64,000 nt of DNA. Source: an uncultured Gammaproteobacteria bacterium (GTDB lineage: Bacteria; Patescibacteriota; Patescibacteriia; VMEV01; CAZAJQ01). Below, one piece after another: positions 37,603 to 48,494 of this stretch. Position numbers and translations under genes: made by a program. Location: contig CAZAJQ010000002.1 of assembly GCA_964485795.1 (NCBI GenBank), positions 65,043 to 129,042 on the forward strand, read 5' to 3'. The notes beneath the pieces were generated by a model. The model was not told the origin of the DNA, made no database searches, and was given only the letters and a program-made list of their open reading frames with translations. How positions within the stretch are numbered: position 1 is the stretch's first letter; each line of letters opens with the position of its first letter.

Positions 37603-38742
37603 CTATCCGGCTATATTCTTCAAGCTTTCCACGATCACCCCTCCCCCGATCAGCTTCTCGCCTTTATAGAAAACCGCCGACTGGCCGGGCATGACGGCAC
37701 GCTGGGGGCTATCGAATTCAATGCGATACCGCCCGTCTCCAAGCTTTTCCATCACGAACGCCGGCTCGCGATGATGATATCGGATGGAGCAGATCACCGA
37801 CATGGGAAGAATCGGCAGTTTTCCGTCAATCCAATTTGTGGATTCGCAAACCAAAGTTTTTGAAAACAGCTTGGGATCATTGCGATCATAGGAAACTTCA
37901 AGGATATTGTCATCGTAATTCAGACCAACCACATACATCGGCCCGATACCGCCAAGCTTGATTCCTTTTCTCTGTCCGAGCGTATAGAGCGGCAAACCGT
38001 CATGCTTTCCGACAACATGGCCATTGCTATCAAGAATATCTCCGGGTACGAGCACAAGATGACGCTTCAAAAATGGATACTGATCTTTTTCTTTGTAAAA
38101 ACACACTTCCTGACTGTCCGGCTTTTTTGCGGTCGGGAGGCAATAGTCTTCGGCCAGTTTGCGAACTTCGGTTTTTCTAAAATTGCCGAGGGGAAACAGG
38201 ATACGCTTCATCTGACTTTGCGTGAAATGATACATGAAATACGACTGATCTTTTTTCTCGTCAATGCCGCGAAGCAAAGCATGGCTCCCATCGGATTCCT
38301 TTCTGATGCGCGCATAATGACCGGTCGCGACGGCATCGCAGCCGAGCTCATCGGCACGATTGAGAAACTCGCCGAATTTCACGAATTGATTGCAATTCAG
38401 GCATGGATTGGGTGTCAATCCGCTTTGGTATTTGCGAATGAAGTCATCCACGACTTTTTCCTTGAACGTTTTTCGAAAATTAAGCGTGTAAAGCGGAAAC
38501 CCGTACGAATGAGCGATTCTTCGAGCCCCTTCATAGGCGTCCAGATCGCAACATTTATTTTGAGCCGAATCCATCGTCAAAGTGTCAAATTTCACATCCG
38601 CGGAGTCCAAGGATTCCTCCCAAAATTTCATAAAGATGCCGACCAAATCATGCCCTTTTCCAGCAAGCATCGCGGCAACGACGGAGCTGTCCACTCCGCC
38701 CGACATGGCCACGAGAATTTTCTTTCGAGCTCTTCCACTCAT
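37603..38742 (-). CDS. mnmA: tRNA-specific 2-thiouridylase
   Basis: AMSGGVDSSV, TPNPCLNCN, ATGHYA, KDQSYF, DSQEVCF, TLGQRKG, PGQSAVFY. Confidence 0.97.
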   Translation of the reverse strand: MSGRARKKILVAMSGGVDSSVVAAMLAGKGHDLVGIFMKFWEESLDSADVKFDTLTMDSAQNKCCDLDAYEGARRIAHSYGFPLYTLNFRKTFKEKVVDDFIRKYQSGLTPNPCLNCNQFVKFGEFLNRADELGCDAVATGHYARIRKESDGSHALLRGIDEKKDQSYFMYHFTQSQMKRILFPLGNFRKTEVRKLAEDYCLPTAKKPDSQEVCFYKEKDQYPFLKRHLVLVPGDILDSNGHVVGKHDGLPLYTLGQRKGIKLGGIGPMYVVGLNYDDNILEVSYDRNDPKLFSKTLVCESTNWIDGKLPILPMSVICSIRYHHREPAFVMEKLGDGRYRIEFDSPQRAVMPGQSAVFYKGEKLIGGGVIVESLKNIAG

Positions 38743-38785
38743 ATATAAAAAATCGAAACTTTTGAGTTTCGCTTTTAAACAGCTT

Positions 38786-38814
38786 AAATTAGAATATTTG
38801 CGTTTGGAAGTCAA
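38786..38814 (-). promoter_or_regulatory. sigma70-like promoter of mnmA
   Basis: TTGACT-N17-TAATTT. Confidence 0.5.
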
Positions 38815-38928
38815 CTTTTCTAGAGACAGTCTCAAGAATCTCGCGCAATGGTGAATTTAAAACCTCATAAGAGGCTGCATAACCCAAGACCGTTCGAGGT
38901 TTGCCATCGAGAAGTGCTTGCACACGCT

Positions 38929-39348
38929 TCACTTATCGGCGCTCATCCGATCCAGCGCTTCATTCACCAGCGTATCCGCATGCTTATTTTTTTCCCGCGG
39001 AATATGATGGAACCGAACTTTTTTGAAATTCGAAAGAAAATTCCAAACCTCAAGATAGATGACCGCGATATCCGGATGTTTCACCCTGTACACTCGCTTC
39101 AGCTGCTTCACCACGAGCAAGGAGTCCAAAAAACAATCCACCTCCTCGGCTCCCAGTTCTTTCGCTTTATGCAGTCCTGCAAGGAGCGCCCGATACTCGG
39201 CCTGATTGTTCGTCGTGCTCCCGATATATTTTGAAACCGTCGCAACGACCTCATTTGTTTTGCCGTCCGATATCACCGCCCCGATCCCGGCCGGCCCGGG
39301 ATTTCCCCTCGCTCCTCCGTCAGAAAAAATTACGACTTTTTTATGCAT
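38929..39348 (-). CDS. rnhA: Ribonuclease HI (archaeal/actinobacterial-like short form)
   Basis: SDGGARGNPGPAG, TNNQAEY, DSLLVVKQ, HIPREKNKHADTLVN. Confidence 0.93.
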   Translation of the reverse strand: MHKKVVIFSDGGARGNPGPAGIGAVISDGKTNEVVATVSKYIGSTTNNQAEYRALLAGLHKAKELGAEEVDCFLDSLLVVKQLKRVYRVKHPDIAVIYLEVWNFLSNFKKVRFHHIPREKNKHADTLVNEALDRMSADK

Positions 39349-39379
39349 ATCTTCTCCGTCAAAAAAAAATCACAAAACA

Positions 39380-41125
39380 TCACTTTGAAGATGTCCCCGA
39401 TACCTTTCTCATATCGATGATCTTGAGCTGCAATTCCCGATTGCCGTTCCATTCATTCACATCAATCTCATACACGATATCCACCGTATCGCCAGCAGCA
39501 AGCATGCCGACCCAATGCCCGAGCTGAAAACCGATGCATTTTCTTTTCGCTTTCCCGTCGGTAAGCGTCATTTGCAAATGCTTCTGATCTTTTCCCACGG
39601 CGCGAACCGTATCAAGTGACAATCCATAGCTAACAAACTTGATGGGAGGATTGGCTTCTCCGAAGGGTTCGAACTTTTTGACCTCATCATAGGTTGTCCA
39701 GCTAATGTCGGAAAACGGCAATTCAAAATCTATGCCGATCTCCGGTATGAGATCCTTGCCGGAAAGCTGCCGTTTGGCTTCAGCAAGCATTCGTTCATGA
39801 AATTTTTCAAACGAAGCGTCCGACGCCAAGCTGAATCCGCAGGCGGCTTTATGTCCGCCGAATTTCGCGAGCATGTCCTTTTGATGCGTGATGGCCATGA
39901 TGCAATCGTATCCCTTGATGCCTCTTCCCGACCCGGCGATGAACTCATTGAGATTGCCCAAAATATAAGTGGGGCGATAAAATCTTTCGGCTACCTTTCC
40001 GGCAACAAGCCCAGCAAGTCCGATATTCCAATGTTTTTTATACAGCAAAATCGCAGGAGCGTCCGCATCATACGACTTCATCTCCAAAAGCACCTCTTCA
40101 AACATCTGATCGGTGGTCGCTTTTCTTTTTTGATTGTTCTCTTCGATTTTTTGAGCCAAATCATACGCGGTATTCGGATCCTCGCTCATCAGCAGCTCAT
40201 ACGCGAGACTGGCATGATCCATCCTTCCGGCGGCATTGATGCGAGGAGCCACGGCAAAAGCGATATGGTATGTGCTCACCGTGTCTTTTTCGGGATGCAA
40301 TTTCACACCCGCATTGTTGAGCAAATAACGAAGCCCCAGACGACGCGTCTTGTGCAAGACGATGAGCCCATACTTCACCAAGGTGCGATTTTCGCCGACC
40401 AGCGGAACCAGATCGGCCACCGTGCCGATCGCGGCCAAATCAAGCAGCCACTTTTCAAATGCCCTACAGGCAGCGACTTCGGTCTCGTCCGCTTCGCACG
40501 ATCGAAGCAGCAGCCCCTGCGCAAGCTTGAACGCCACTCCGGCACCGGCCAATTTTTTAAATGGATACTTCTCTCCGGAAACTTGGGGATGAAGTGTCAG
40601 ACAATCCGGCAATACCTCCGGAGGATGGTGATGATCCGTCACCATCACCGTCATGCCCATCTCCTTCGCCAACGCTATTTCTTTTTCATTGCTAATGGCG
40701 CAGTCAACCGTGATGATGTGTCGCGTTCCTTTGTCCCTGAGATACTCAAGCGCCTTCACGTTCAAACCGTATCCTTCCTTCTCCCGATGCGGCAGGTAAG
40801 CGTCAACCTCGGCTCCCAGCTTTTTGAGCGTGCTGACAAGGATCACGGTTCCGCTCACACCGTCGGCATCATAGTCTCCATACACTGTTATTTTTTCATG
40901 TTTGCGGATGGCGTCAAAAATATGCGCGACGCATTTTTCCATCTGCGAAAACAAAAAAGGATGATGGATGTCCAAAGCGTAATCCGCGTTCATGAATTCA
41001 TCCACCTGCTCCTGCGTTTTGAGATCGCGATCGTAGAGAAGCTGCAAAACGAGCGGCTGAATTTCGGGAAATCGGAGTCGAAATTCCTCGGGAGCCTGTG
41101 TTTTGATAATCCACTTTTTTTCCAT
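39380..41125 (-). CDS. recJ: ssDNA-specific exonuclease RecJ
   Basis: YGDYDADG, TVDC, TDHH, GTVAD, PRINAAGR, GSGR, FGGHKAACG, EPFGEANP. Confidence 0.97.
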   Translation of the reverse strand: MEKKWIIKTQAPEEFRLRFPEIQPLVLQLLYDRDLKTQEQVDEFMNADYALDIHHPFLFSQMEKCVAHIFDAIRKHEKITVYGDYDADGVSGTVILVSTLKKLGAEVDAYLPHREKEGYGLNVKALEYLRDKGTRHIITVDCAISNEKEIALAKEMGMTVMVTDHHHPPEVLPDCLTLHPQVSGEKYPFKKLAGAGVAFKLAQGLLLRSCEADETEVAACRAFEKWLLDLAAIGTVADLVPLVGENRTLVKYGLIVLHKTRRLGLRYLLNNAGVKLHPEKDTVSTYHIAFAVAPRINAAGRMDHASLAYELLMSEDPNTAYDLAQKIEENNQKRKATTDQMFEEVLLEMKSYDADAPAILLYKKHWNIGLAGLVAGKVAERFYRPTYILGNLNEFIAGSGRGIKGYDCIMAITHQKDMLAKFGGHKAACGFSLASDASFEKFHERMLAEAKRQLSGKDLIPEIGIDFELPFSDISWTTYDEVKKFEPFGEANPPIKFVSYGLSLDTVRAVGKDQKHLQMTLTDGKAKRKCIGFQLGHWVGMLAAGDTVDIVYEIDVNEWNGNRELQLKIIDMRKVSGTSSK

Positions 41126-41173
41126 AGACGATACAAAAAAAATACTCTTTCAACGCCTTTTGAAGCTATTTGT

Positions 41174-41269
41174 TCATCCCAGCAACGGAGCGATGGTAAA
41201 AATAATCATCGAGGCGATCATGATGATGACGATGCATTTCCACAATTTCTCCGCAAATTTTTTTTTCAT
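41174..41269 (-). CDS. 31-aa single-pass membrane peptide (Prli42/DUF4044-like; absent from ORF track)
   Basis: MKKKFAEKLWKCIVIIMIASMIIFTIAPLLG*; starts 6 nt after the lepA stop and fills most of the gap to recJ. Confidence 0.65.
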   Translation of the reverse strand: MKKKFAEKLWKCIVIIMIASMIIFTIAPLLG

Positions 41270-41275
41270 AATCGT

Positions 41276-43060
41276 TCACCTTTTCAATACCGACAAAAAA
41301 ACATCGGGCGGTATATCCACCTTTCCTTGTCCCATTTCTTTCATCTTTTTTTTGCCCTTTTTCTGCTTTTCAAGCAATTTTCTCTTACGCGTCACATCGC
41401 CTCCGTAGAGTTTTGCGATCACATCTTTTCTCATCGCCGGAATGCGAGCGGCGGCGATGACTTTTGACCCGATGGCCGCTTGTAATTTTACTTCAAAAAG
41501 TTGCTTGGGTAAAACGGTTTTCAGCTTTTCCACGACTCTTTTTCCCGAATAATAAGCGTCGTCACGATACACAATGCTCGCCAATGCGTCCACGACTTCT
41601 TCGGCGATGAGGATATCGAGACGGATCACATCCGAAATCTGGTAATGGGAAAATTCATAGTTCAAAGATGCATAGCCTGAGGTGGCGGATTTGAGAATAT
41701 CGTAAAAATCCACCAGCAATGAAGAAAGCGGCAATTCATAGTGCAGGATGGCGCGCTCCTCGAGAACGTATTCGGTGGTGAGATACTTACCCCTTTTTTC
41801 GGCCACAAACGGCATGATATTCCCGACATACTTGCTGGGAGTGATGATGTCCACTTTCATGATCGGTTCTTCGATATGTTCGATCTGAGATGGATCGGGT
41901 AATTCTTGGGGCGAACGAATCGTCATGTTTTCACCGTTGGTTTTCACCACCTTGTACGCCACCGACGGAACCGTGATGATGAGATCAAGCCCAAATTCGC
42001 GTTTGAGTCTTTCTTGGAAAATTTCCAAATGCAACAACCCCAAAAATCCGCATCGAAAACCAAATCCCAAAGCGGGCGAATGCTCGGGTTCGTAGAGTAA
42101 AGACGCGTCCGTGAGTTTGAGTTTTTCTATTCCTTCGCGCAAAAATTCAAAGGCGCTTCCTTCTTTGGGAAATACTCCGGCAAAAACCATGGATTTTATT
42201 TCTTTGTATCCGGATAATGCTTCAGATACTCGGGGTGCGGCGATCGTATCTCCCACGCGGCAATCTCCGACCGCTTTCATGCCGGTCACGACATAGCCTA
42301 TTTCTCCGGATACGAGGCGCTCGCATTTTTTTCGATCGGGTTTGAAATACCCGACTTCCAAGACTTCGGCCTCTTTGGCGTTTGCCATGAATTTCACCCT
42401 GTCTCCTCGGCGAATGGAGCCGTCGACCACCCTGACATACGCGATCACACCCTGATAATCATCAAAGTAGGAATCAAAAATCAATGCTCTCGCCGGCTTT
42501 TCATCGGCCGCTTCCGGGGGGGGCACATGCTTCACAACCGCCGAAAGAACGGCCTCCACGTTTTTTCCTGTTTTCGCGGAAATTTTTACGATCTCATCTT
42601 CGGTGAAACCCAGCAATTTCTGCACTTCGCTCACCACGCGAGGAACATCGGCGGCCGGGAGGTCGATTTTATTGATCACCGGAATGATGGAGAGATTTTG
42701 ATCCAGCGCCAGATACAGGTTTGCAAGAGTTTGTGCCTGTATGCCCTGCGTCGCGTCAATAAGCAGCACGGCTCCTTCCACGGCCGCGAGCGAGCGAGAC
42801 ACCTCATAGGAAAAATCCACATGACCCGGCGTATCGATGAGATTGAGAATATACTCTTGACCGTCAAGCGAATATTCCATGCGCACGGGTTGCAGCTTGA
42901 TGGTAATGCCGCGTTCCCTCTCCAGATCCATGGAATCCAGCACCTGTTCCTTCATATGCCGCTTATCCACCGTACCCGTGATTTCCAAAAGCCTATCAGC
43001 CAAGGTGGATTTACCGTGGTCGATATGGGCTATGATGCAGAAATTGCGAATATTCGTCAT
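41276..43060 (-). CDS. lepA: Elongation factor 4
   Basis: [57 protein letters not shown]. Confidence 0.99.
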   Translation of the reverse strand: MTNIRNFCIIAHIDHGKSTLADRLLEITGTVDKRHMKEQVLDSMDLERERGITIKLQPVRMEYSLDGQEYILNLIDTPGHVDFSYEVSRSLAAVEGAVLLIDATQGIQAQTLANLYLALDQNLSIIPVINKIDLPAADVPRVVSEVQKLLGFTEDEIVKISAKTGKNVEAVLSAVVKHVPPPEAADEKPARALIFDSYFDDYQGVIAYVRVVDGSIRRGDRVKFMANAKEAEVLEVGYFKPDRKKCERLVSGEIGYVVTGMKAVGDCRVGDTIAAPRVSEALSGYKEIKSMVFAGVFPKEGSAFEFLREGIEKLKLTDASLLYEPEHSPALGFGFRCGFLGLLHLEIFQERLKREFGLDLIITVPSVAYKVVKTNGENMTIRSPQELPDPSQIEHIEEPIMKVDIITPSKYVGNIMPFVAEKRGKYLTTEYVLEERAILHYELPLSSLLVDFYDILKSATSGYASLNYEFSHYQISDVIRLDILIAEEVVDALASIVYRDDAYYSGKRVVEKLKTVLPKQLFEVKLQAAIGSKVIAAARIPAMRKDVIAKLYGGDVTRKRKLLEKQKKGKKKMKEMGQGKVDIPPDVFLSVLKR

Positions 43061-43123
43061 GGAATCTCAAAAAAATGTGCCATTCAAGGAAAAATATGGA
43101 TTTACACTAACAAATAAAATCAT

Positions 43124-43176
43124 AAAAAAGAAGAGGTCGTGCATGTTTAATTTTGGATTGAATACGGCACGACCTC
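43124..43176 (-). terminator. Hairpin/terminator after the orphan gene
   Basis: GAGGTCGTGC…GCACGACCTC stem, followed on the minus strand by TTCTTTTTT. Confidence 0.65.
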
Positions 43177-43202
43177 AAAAAAAGGTTGAATAAAATGATT
43201 TC

Positions 43203-43538
43203 TTAGGCGTCAGTAACTTCCATCGCTTCAAACACCTTGTATTGCAGCGGATTTCTGACAATAAGTTTATTCCTCTCCAGCGCCATCTTCAGGAGTTTCA
43301 TCTGAAGAGGTTTCCCTACGGAAATTTCGAGTTGACATTCGCCATCATCACAATAAGCGAAGATTCCTTCATTGCAAAGACTCGATCCTGCATACCCGCG
43401 CTGAATCTTTAAAAGAAAAACACTTCCCGTCTTCTCCACGAGGATTTTCATGCATGTGATCGAATAGACAACGTCTTCTTTAACAGAAAATCGCTTCTGT
43501 TCCCCTACCCTGAAAAAAAACTCAGTTTCCGAATTCAT
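43203..43538 (-). CDS. Hypothetical protein, 111 aa (MNSETEFF…)
   Basis: AAGGA SD, own promoter (43597-43625) and terminator. Confidence 0.6.
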   Translation of the reverse strand: MNSETEFFFRVGEQKRFSVKEDVVYSITCMKILVEKTGSVFLLKIQRGYAGSSLCNEGIFAYCDDGECQLEISVGKPLQMKLLKMALERNKLIVRNPLQYKVFEAMEVTDA

Positions 43539-43596
43539 CTTTATTTCCTTTCCAACCGTTGAAAAATAAGAAAACATTCGAGCACAACAAGAAAAA

Positions 43597-43625
43597 AATA
43601 TACCATGAAATTCGATAGCGTACAA
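43597..43625 (-). promoter_or_regulatory. sigma70-like promoter of the orphan gene
   Basis: TTGTAC-N17-TATATT with extended TG. Confidence 0.55.
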
Positions 43626-43629
43626 CCTT

Positions 43630-45189
43630 TCATGCCTCCCTTTCCACATCGATCAAAAGTTTTCTCTCGATAATCACGGCAACCGCCATCACATATGCGA
43701 TGCCCAGCGGATGATTCAGGTAGGGCGTGAACATATGCACCGCAAGCAAAGCAAAAAAACTCAAAAGCATTCCAAAAAGATACGCCACGAATTCTTGATT
43801 TCCGCGCTTCTCGGCCGCAAAAAATTGCCGTACGCCTCGATAGCCTATTGCGCAAAGGAAGGTCAAATAGGCCATCATGCCCAAGAAACCCATTTTCAGC
43901 CATTGATCCAAATACCCCCATTCAAAAGCCGACGTCGTGATCACCCCGCTTCCGCCGGTTTGTTTGCGAACGGTCGGGTCATTGGAAACATAGGTGACGG
44001 CAGCGCCGAACCCTTTACCGAAAAAAAATTTCCCCGAAATCGAATTCCAAAGCGGCGGAAGCATCTGAAAACGGGTTGACAGCGCGGCCTCATCTTCATA
44101 GCCAAAGGCTCGGCTGGAAAAAACGTCCAATGCGTTGAAATCTTTTGCCGAAGGAATGGGAAATTTCACGGTAATCACGATCAGAATCAAAGCTAAAAAA
44201 ATGGTGGAAAAAATCAAACATCCTTGCAAAAAAATCCCTTTCCAAAACGATTTTGAATACCATGAAAAAATGATGATCCAAACCAGCGACGCCGCAAGCC
44301 CCGCGACCCAAAAACTTCTCGAAAAACTCATGAGCAGGACGGCTCCAAAAATCACCATGTGGCCATACCAAAAAAGCTGAACGCCGCTTAATCGCAGTGA
44401 TGCCTTTTTTACCTGCGGGAGAATATAAAAAACGCTGACGCAAACGGTGAGTATGAAAAATATCATCAAAGCATATATTTGGCTTTGGAAAAAAATGCGA
44501 TAAAAGGGCTCTTGCACTTTTGTGATTTCTCCCACGCGGGTATCTCTCACCCATGTATAGACGATTTTTAATATCGGGAGAAAAAAGGGATGTGAAAACA
44601 GATACAGCAAAACGAACATTTTTAAAATACCTCCCCACAAAGCTCCCAAAAGAACGGAAAGAAAAGTTTTCAAGCGATCTATTGAGATAAACGTTTCAAA
44701 AAGGGGGAAAAAATATGCATAATACAAAAATCCGTTTACATCAAAAAAAATCTCCCGCCTGTCGTTTCCGCTCAAAAATCCGTTGATGACACCCCATATC
44801 AAAAAAAGAAAAAAAATACCGGAGAAGATTATAGGCACTCGCAATGATGAATTTAACAATCGAGGAAATGATAGAAACGATTGATATTTTCGATCGAGGA
44901 GAAATCTTACAAACCAAATACCCATCACGCAAACAAAGATTCCCACTCGCAAAGAAAGCGAAACCCCACCGACGTTGAGCGCCAGCACATACCCCCATGA
45001 TCCGATCATCAGCTCGGTAAAGGCGGCGTAGAGTCCATATTCGAGGCGACGCAATGCGGCGCAAACGACGGCGACGATGACAGCGACAAAAAAATACGGT
45101 TCCAAAACCGGTACGATATGCGCCAAGAGTGAAATCACTTCCACGCAAACGACGCCGAGAAAACTCAGCAACATGATTTTCTTTTTCAT
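43630..45189 (-). CDS. O-antigen ligase/polymerase family membrane protein
   Basis: Many TM segments, SFSRSFW, periplasmic loop with GKGFG, EWGYLDQWLKMG; next to GT and flippase. Confidence 0.8.
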   Translation of the reverse strand: MKKKIMLLSFLGVVCVEVISLLAHIVPVLEPYFFVAVIVAVVCAALRRLEYGLYAAFTELMIGSWGYVLALNVGGVSLSLRVGIFVCVMGIWFVRFLLDRKYQSFLSFPRLLNSSLRVPIIFSGIFFLFLIWGVINGFLSGNDRREIFFDVNGFLYYAYFFPLFETFISIDRLKTFLSVLLGALWGGILKMFVLLYLFSHPFFLPILKIVYTWVRDTRVGEITKVQEPFYRIFFQSQIYALMIFFILTVCVSVFYILPQVKKASLRLSGVQLFWYGHMVIFGAVLLMSFSRSFWVAGLAASLVWIIIFSWYSKSFWKGIFLQGCLIFSTIFLALILIVITVKFPIPSAKDFNALDVFSSRAFGYEDEAALSTRFQMLPPLWNSISGKFFFGKGFGAAVTYVSNDPTVRKQTGGSGVITTSAFEWGYLDQWLKMGFLGMMAYLTFLCAIGYRGVRQFFAAEKRGNQEFVAYLFGMLLSFFALLAVHMFTPYLNHPLGIAYVMAVAVIIERKLLIDVEREA

Positions 45190-46391
45190 GTGACGATGGA
45201 CTCAATATGTCTCATGATGGGTTCCATTCTTTTTTCCCAGGTATGCTCCCTCATTTGTTCGCGCCGCATCAGCCTCTTGTCTTCCGAATCGGTTTCAAAA
45301 GCCACGCGGATATTGGCCAAAAACTCATCATGTCCGTCGGAAAGGTAAACGAGGTTCGCAAAACGCGTGAGAGAATCAGATCGGGTCGCCACCACCGGTT
45401 TTCCGCAGGCGAGGTAATCGTAGAGTTTCATGGGATCCATTGACTCGCAAAAAGCGGAGTTTTTATGCGGTATGATGGCCACGTCAAACGCGTTGATCAA
45501 TGCGACTGCGGAAACGTATGGCACTCTTCCGGGAAAAAAAACGTTTTCATACCCACCCAGCTCACGATTCACTTCATCGGCGACGGTTTTCCAAATTTCT
45601 CCGGCGATGATAAAGGCAAATTCGGGATAACGCAAAACGGCCTGCTTTACCAAAGCTATGTCAAAACGTTCCTGGACATTGCCCACATAACCGACGACGG
45701 TTCTTTTTTTCCCGGCAATATCAAACGGATTGATATGAAATAATTTCTCAAGCTCTTCATGAGCATTATTTTTGCATGCGCTTGCAAACGCTTTCACATC
45801 CACGCCATTGGGAGAGAAAAAGGCTCTTGAATGTCCATGAAATTTTTCAAGAAGCCTCTTGGAAACCGTAAAAATCACGTCGGATCTTTTTGCGATCACA
45901 TCGTAATTTTTTGATAATTCCTTTTTATACTTCTTATAATTGGGATGCAGCGACCAGTCGTCCACGGCATGAAAGACAAATTTCGCATCCGGAAAAGCAT
46001 CGAAATAATCGATATACAGAGGATTGTATGACCATACCACTGGCGGCTCATCCCATTTTTTTGCATACTCGACGGCCAAGCGATCCGAAAATCCGGTGGA
46101 AAAAACGATTTTTTCGTTTCTTCGACCGAATATATGCGCGGGAAAATACAATTGACCCGACGCATTTCCCATAAGATAGCCATCCTTTCTGACATACATG
46201 CGATCCAAAAAAAACATCCGAAATTTTCTTTCCAATGAAAACGGAAGAAAATCAATGGCAAGGATATGCGTCACTTCATCTCGTTTCGAGAGTTCGGAGA
46301 GTATCTGCCGATTGCAATTGACGACACCCTTTTCCCAATCCGAAGCCGGAGACATATTGTACATCACGATATTCATAGCCGTGGAAATCAT
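45186..46391 (-). CDS. Glycosyltransferase (GT4-like, TuaH-like)
   Basis: VDDWS, PNGVD, GYVG, DVAIIP, DPMKLYDYLACGKPVV. Confidence 0.88.
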   Translation of the reverse strand: MISTAMNIVMYNMSPASDWEKGVVNCNRQILSELSKRDEVTHILAIDFLPFSLERKFRMFFLDRMYVRKDGYLMGNASGQLYFPAHIFGRRNEKIVFSTGFSDRLAVEYAKKWDEPPVVWSYNPLYIDYFDAFPDAKFVFHAVDDWSLHPNYKKYKKELSKNYDVIAKRSDVIFTVSKRLLEKFHGHSRAFFSPNGVDVKAFASACKNNAHEELEKLFHINPFDIAGKKRTVVGYVGNVQERFDIALVKQAVLRYPEFAFIIAGEIWKTVADEVNRELGGYENVFFPGRVPYVSAVALINAFDVAIIPHKNSAFCESMDPMKLYDYLACGKPVVATRSDSLTRFANLVYLSDGHDEFLANIRVAFETDSEDKRLMRREQMREHTWEKRMEPIMRHIESIVT

Positions 46392-46490
46392 CGTTTGCTG
46401 AGCCGATCATTTCGGATATCCATTCCTTTGCAGAAAAAAGCATATGCGAAACATTCCGGAGAAGAGATTTTAAATTCAATCGTTATAGAA

Positions 46491-47948
46491 TCAATATTCA
46501 CGCTCCTCGACGCTCAGATGCGTTGAAGGTTTTCGAAAATACGACAATAACTCATTCAAATCATGGCGATCCACGATGCGGAAAACAAATAGTCCGACTG
46601 TATAGATCAGCCCTCCGACGGGGATCGCAGCGAGAAAATGAATGAAATTTTTCGACCAAATCACCCCAAGCATCATGATCATCGCCAAAAAGAGAGTTTT
46701 CGCGAAAAAAAATACCATACCCATCCTCAATCGGACGAGGCGGTTTGCAAAAAACATGCCCAAAACAAGAAATATGCCGTAGCTTATCAAAAGCGAAATG
46801 CTGGCTCCAATATGCTGACTTCGGGGAATGAGTATGAAATTCAAGACAACATTGCTCACCAAGACGGCGGCCAAAATCCATGTATGCTGCTTTTGACGAT
46901 TGCAACCGTTCAGCAACGCTCCCACGGGAAACGTCAAAAAAGAAAAAATGATTGAGAGGCTCATGAAGGAAAGCGCGGGGATGGAAAGCGCAAAAGCATC
47001 GGAATACACCATCATAATGATATCCCGCGATAAAGCGAATATCCCAAACGCGATCGGAAATGAGATCACGGTCATATATTTCAATCCCGTTTCATAGAGA
47101 TGCGCCAGTTTCGCGCGATTCGTGTCATAAGCTTCGCTGATGGCTGGATATAATGCCGCGGAAAATGCGATGGGAATGAATTGCAAAGCAAAAGTGATCT
47201 TATACGGTACGGAATACAAGCCCAAAAATTTTTCACCGGAAAGAAACGCCAAGAGCAGCTGATCGGAAAGCCCGAAAAGTCGCGCAAACACGGCGGAAAG
47301 TGCAAACGGTATCGATAGAACGGTGATTTTTTTCATGAGCGAAACGTCCCGATAGGGCTTGATCGCGACACCCAATTTATTCCGGAGCAAAGCAGCCGAC
47401 CAGATGATCTGAAATACGCTTCCGACCAATAATGCGAAAAGCAAAGTGTACAGGGGAGCATGAAGGAGGAGAGCGCCCGTACCGACCAGCAACGTGATGG
47501 CCTGACTCACGATAATCGCCATCGATTCATAACGCAAATTTTGAAACCCGCGAAAAACTCCCCAAAAACTCAATGTAAATGCATCCAATATCATGGTCAG
47601 GAGAGCCAAAGCTATCATCAACTTCATGTCAAACGGCTTTTGGAGAAAAAAAAGCGATATCCCAAGCATCGCCGCAACCAATGCGGAGAGAAATGATTTG
47701 ACAACGCATATGGCCGAAAGGTAGGAGGCGGCTCGCTTGCGATCTTGCGCCACTTCGCGAATGAGAATCGGCGTGAATCCAAGGTCCACGAACACGGCAA
47801 AAAGCCCCGCAAATGAAAGCGAAAACGTATACATGCCGGTAGCCTCCACGCCGATAAAACGCGTTATCAACGTAAAGTAGAGAAAAGAAAAAATCTTTTG
47901 CCCCACATAGGCGAATGTCAAAAAAGTAGCGTTTTTTGCCAATGACAT
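46491..47948 (-). CDS. Polysaccharide flippase (Wzx/MOP family)
   Basis: LAKNATFL, DLGFTPILIREVA, GLYSVPYK, LNFILIP…GAS; many TM segments. Confidence 0.9.
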   Translation of the reverse strand: MSLAKNATFLTFAYVGQKIFSFLYFTLITRFIGVEATGMYTFSLSFAGLFAVFVDLGFTPILIREVAQDRKRAASYLSAICVVKSFLSALVAAMLGISLFFLQKPFDMKLMIALALLTMILDAFTLSFWGVFRGFQNLRYESMAIIVSQAITLLVGTGALLLHAPLYTLLFALLVGSVFQIIWSAALLRNKLGVAIKPYRDVSLMKKITVLSIPFALSAVFARLFGLSDQLLLAFLSGEKFLGLYSVPYKITFALQFIPIAFSAALYPAISEAYDTNRAKLAHLYETGLKYMTVISFPIAFGIFALSRDIIMMVYSDAFALSIPALSFMSLSIIFSFLTFPVGALLNGCNRQKQHTWILAAVLVSNVVLNFILIPRSQHIGASISLLISYGIFLVLGMFFANRLVRLRMGMVFFFAKTLFLAMIMMLGVIWSKNFIHFLAAIPVGGLIYTVGLFVFRIVDRHDLNELLSYFRKPSTHLSVEEREY

Positions 47949-47991
47949 AAAGACGAATAAAGATCCTCTCTGGTACCAGAGATCATATCAT

Positions 47992-48022
47992 AAAAAAAGC
48001 CCGCAGATGAGCGGACTTTTTT
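47992..48022. terminator. Terminator after rpsI
   Basis: AAAAAAAGCCCGC-agatga-GCGGACTTTTTT. Confidence 0.65.
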
Positions 48023-48041
48023 CTTCTCACTGAAAAAAAGT

Positions 48042-48488
48042 TTAACGTTTGGCCCATTGCGGCGCTCGTCGGGCTTTTTTCAAACCCGGCTTACGACGCT
48101 CTTTCACTCTCGGATCGCGTGTGACAAAACCCGCCTTTCGAAGCGTTTTTTTGTTTTCCGGATCCAGCAAAACCAATGCCTTGGCGATACCATGTCGCAA
48201 GGCGTCCGATTGTCCGCGTTTTCCACCGCCATAGACTTTGGCATCCACGGAATATTCTTTTTTCATGCCCAGCACCTGAAACGGCGATACGATCGCATAC
48301 TTCATATCGGCCGTAAATCCCAAAACCTGTTCATAATTTTTCCCATTGACCACAATATCACCCTTGCCGGTCATATACAGCTTCACTCTCGCGATGGATG
48401 ATTTTCTCTTTCCCACCGCATAAAGGTACTTTCCTTCGAAAGCGGCTTTTGAGTCATTTGATTCGACTGATGGAGATGGCTTCGTCAT
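48042..48488 (-). CDS. rpsI: 30S ribosomal protein S9
   Basis: GKRKSSIARV, GGGKRGQ, TRDPRVKERRKPGLKKARRAPQWAKR. Confidence 0.98.
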   Translation of the reverse strand: MTKPSPSVESNDSKAAFEGKYLYAVGKRKSSIARVKLYMTGKGDIVVNGKNYEQVLGFTADMKYAIVSPFQVLGMKKEYSVDAKVYGGGKRGQSDALRHGIAKALVLLDPENKKTLRKAGFVTRDPRVKERRKPGLKKARRAPQWAKR

Positions 48489-48494
48489 AAGAAA

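Noticed and set aside
39797-41467. 556-aa plus-strand ORF
   Set aside because: It is antisense to recJ/lepA with no recognisable motifs; a shadow ORF arising from codon bias.
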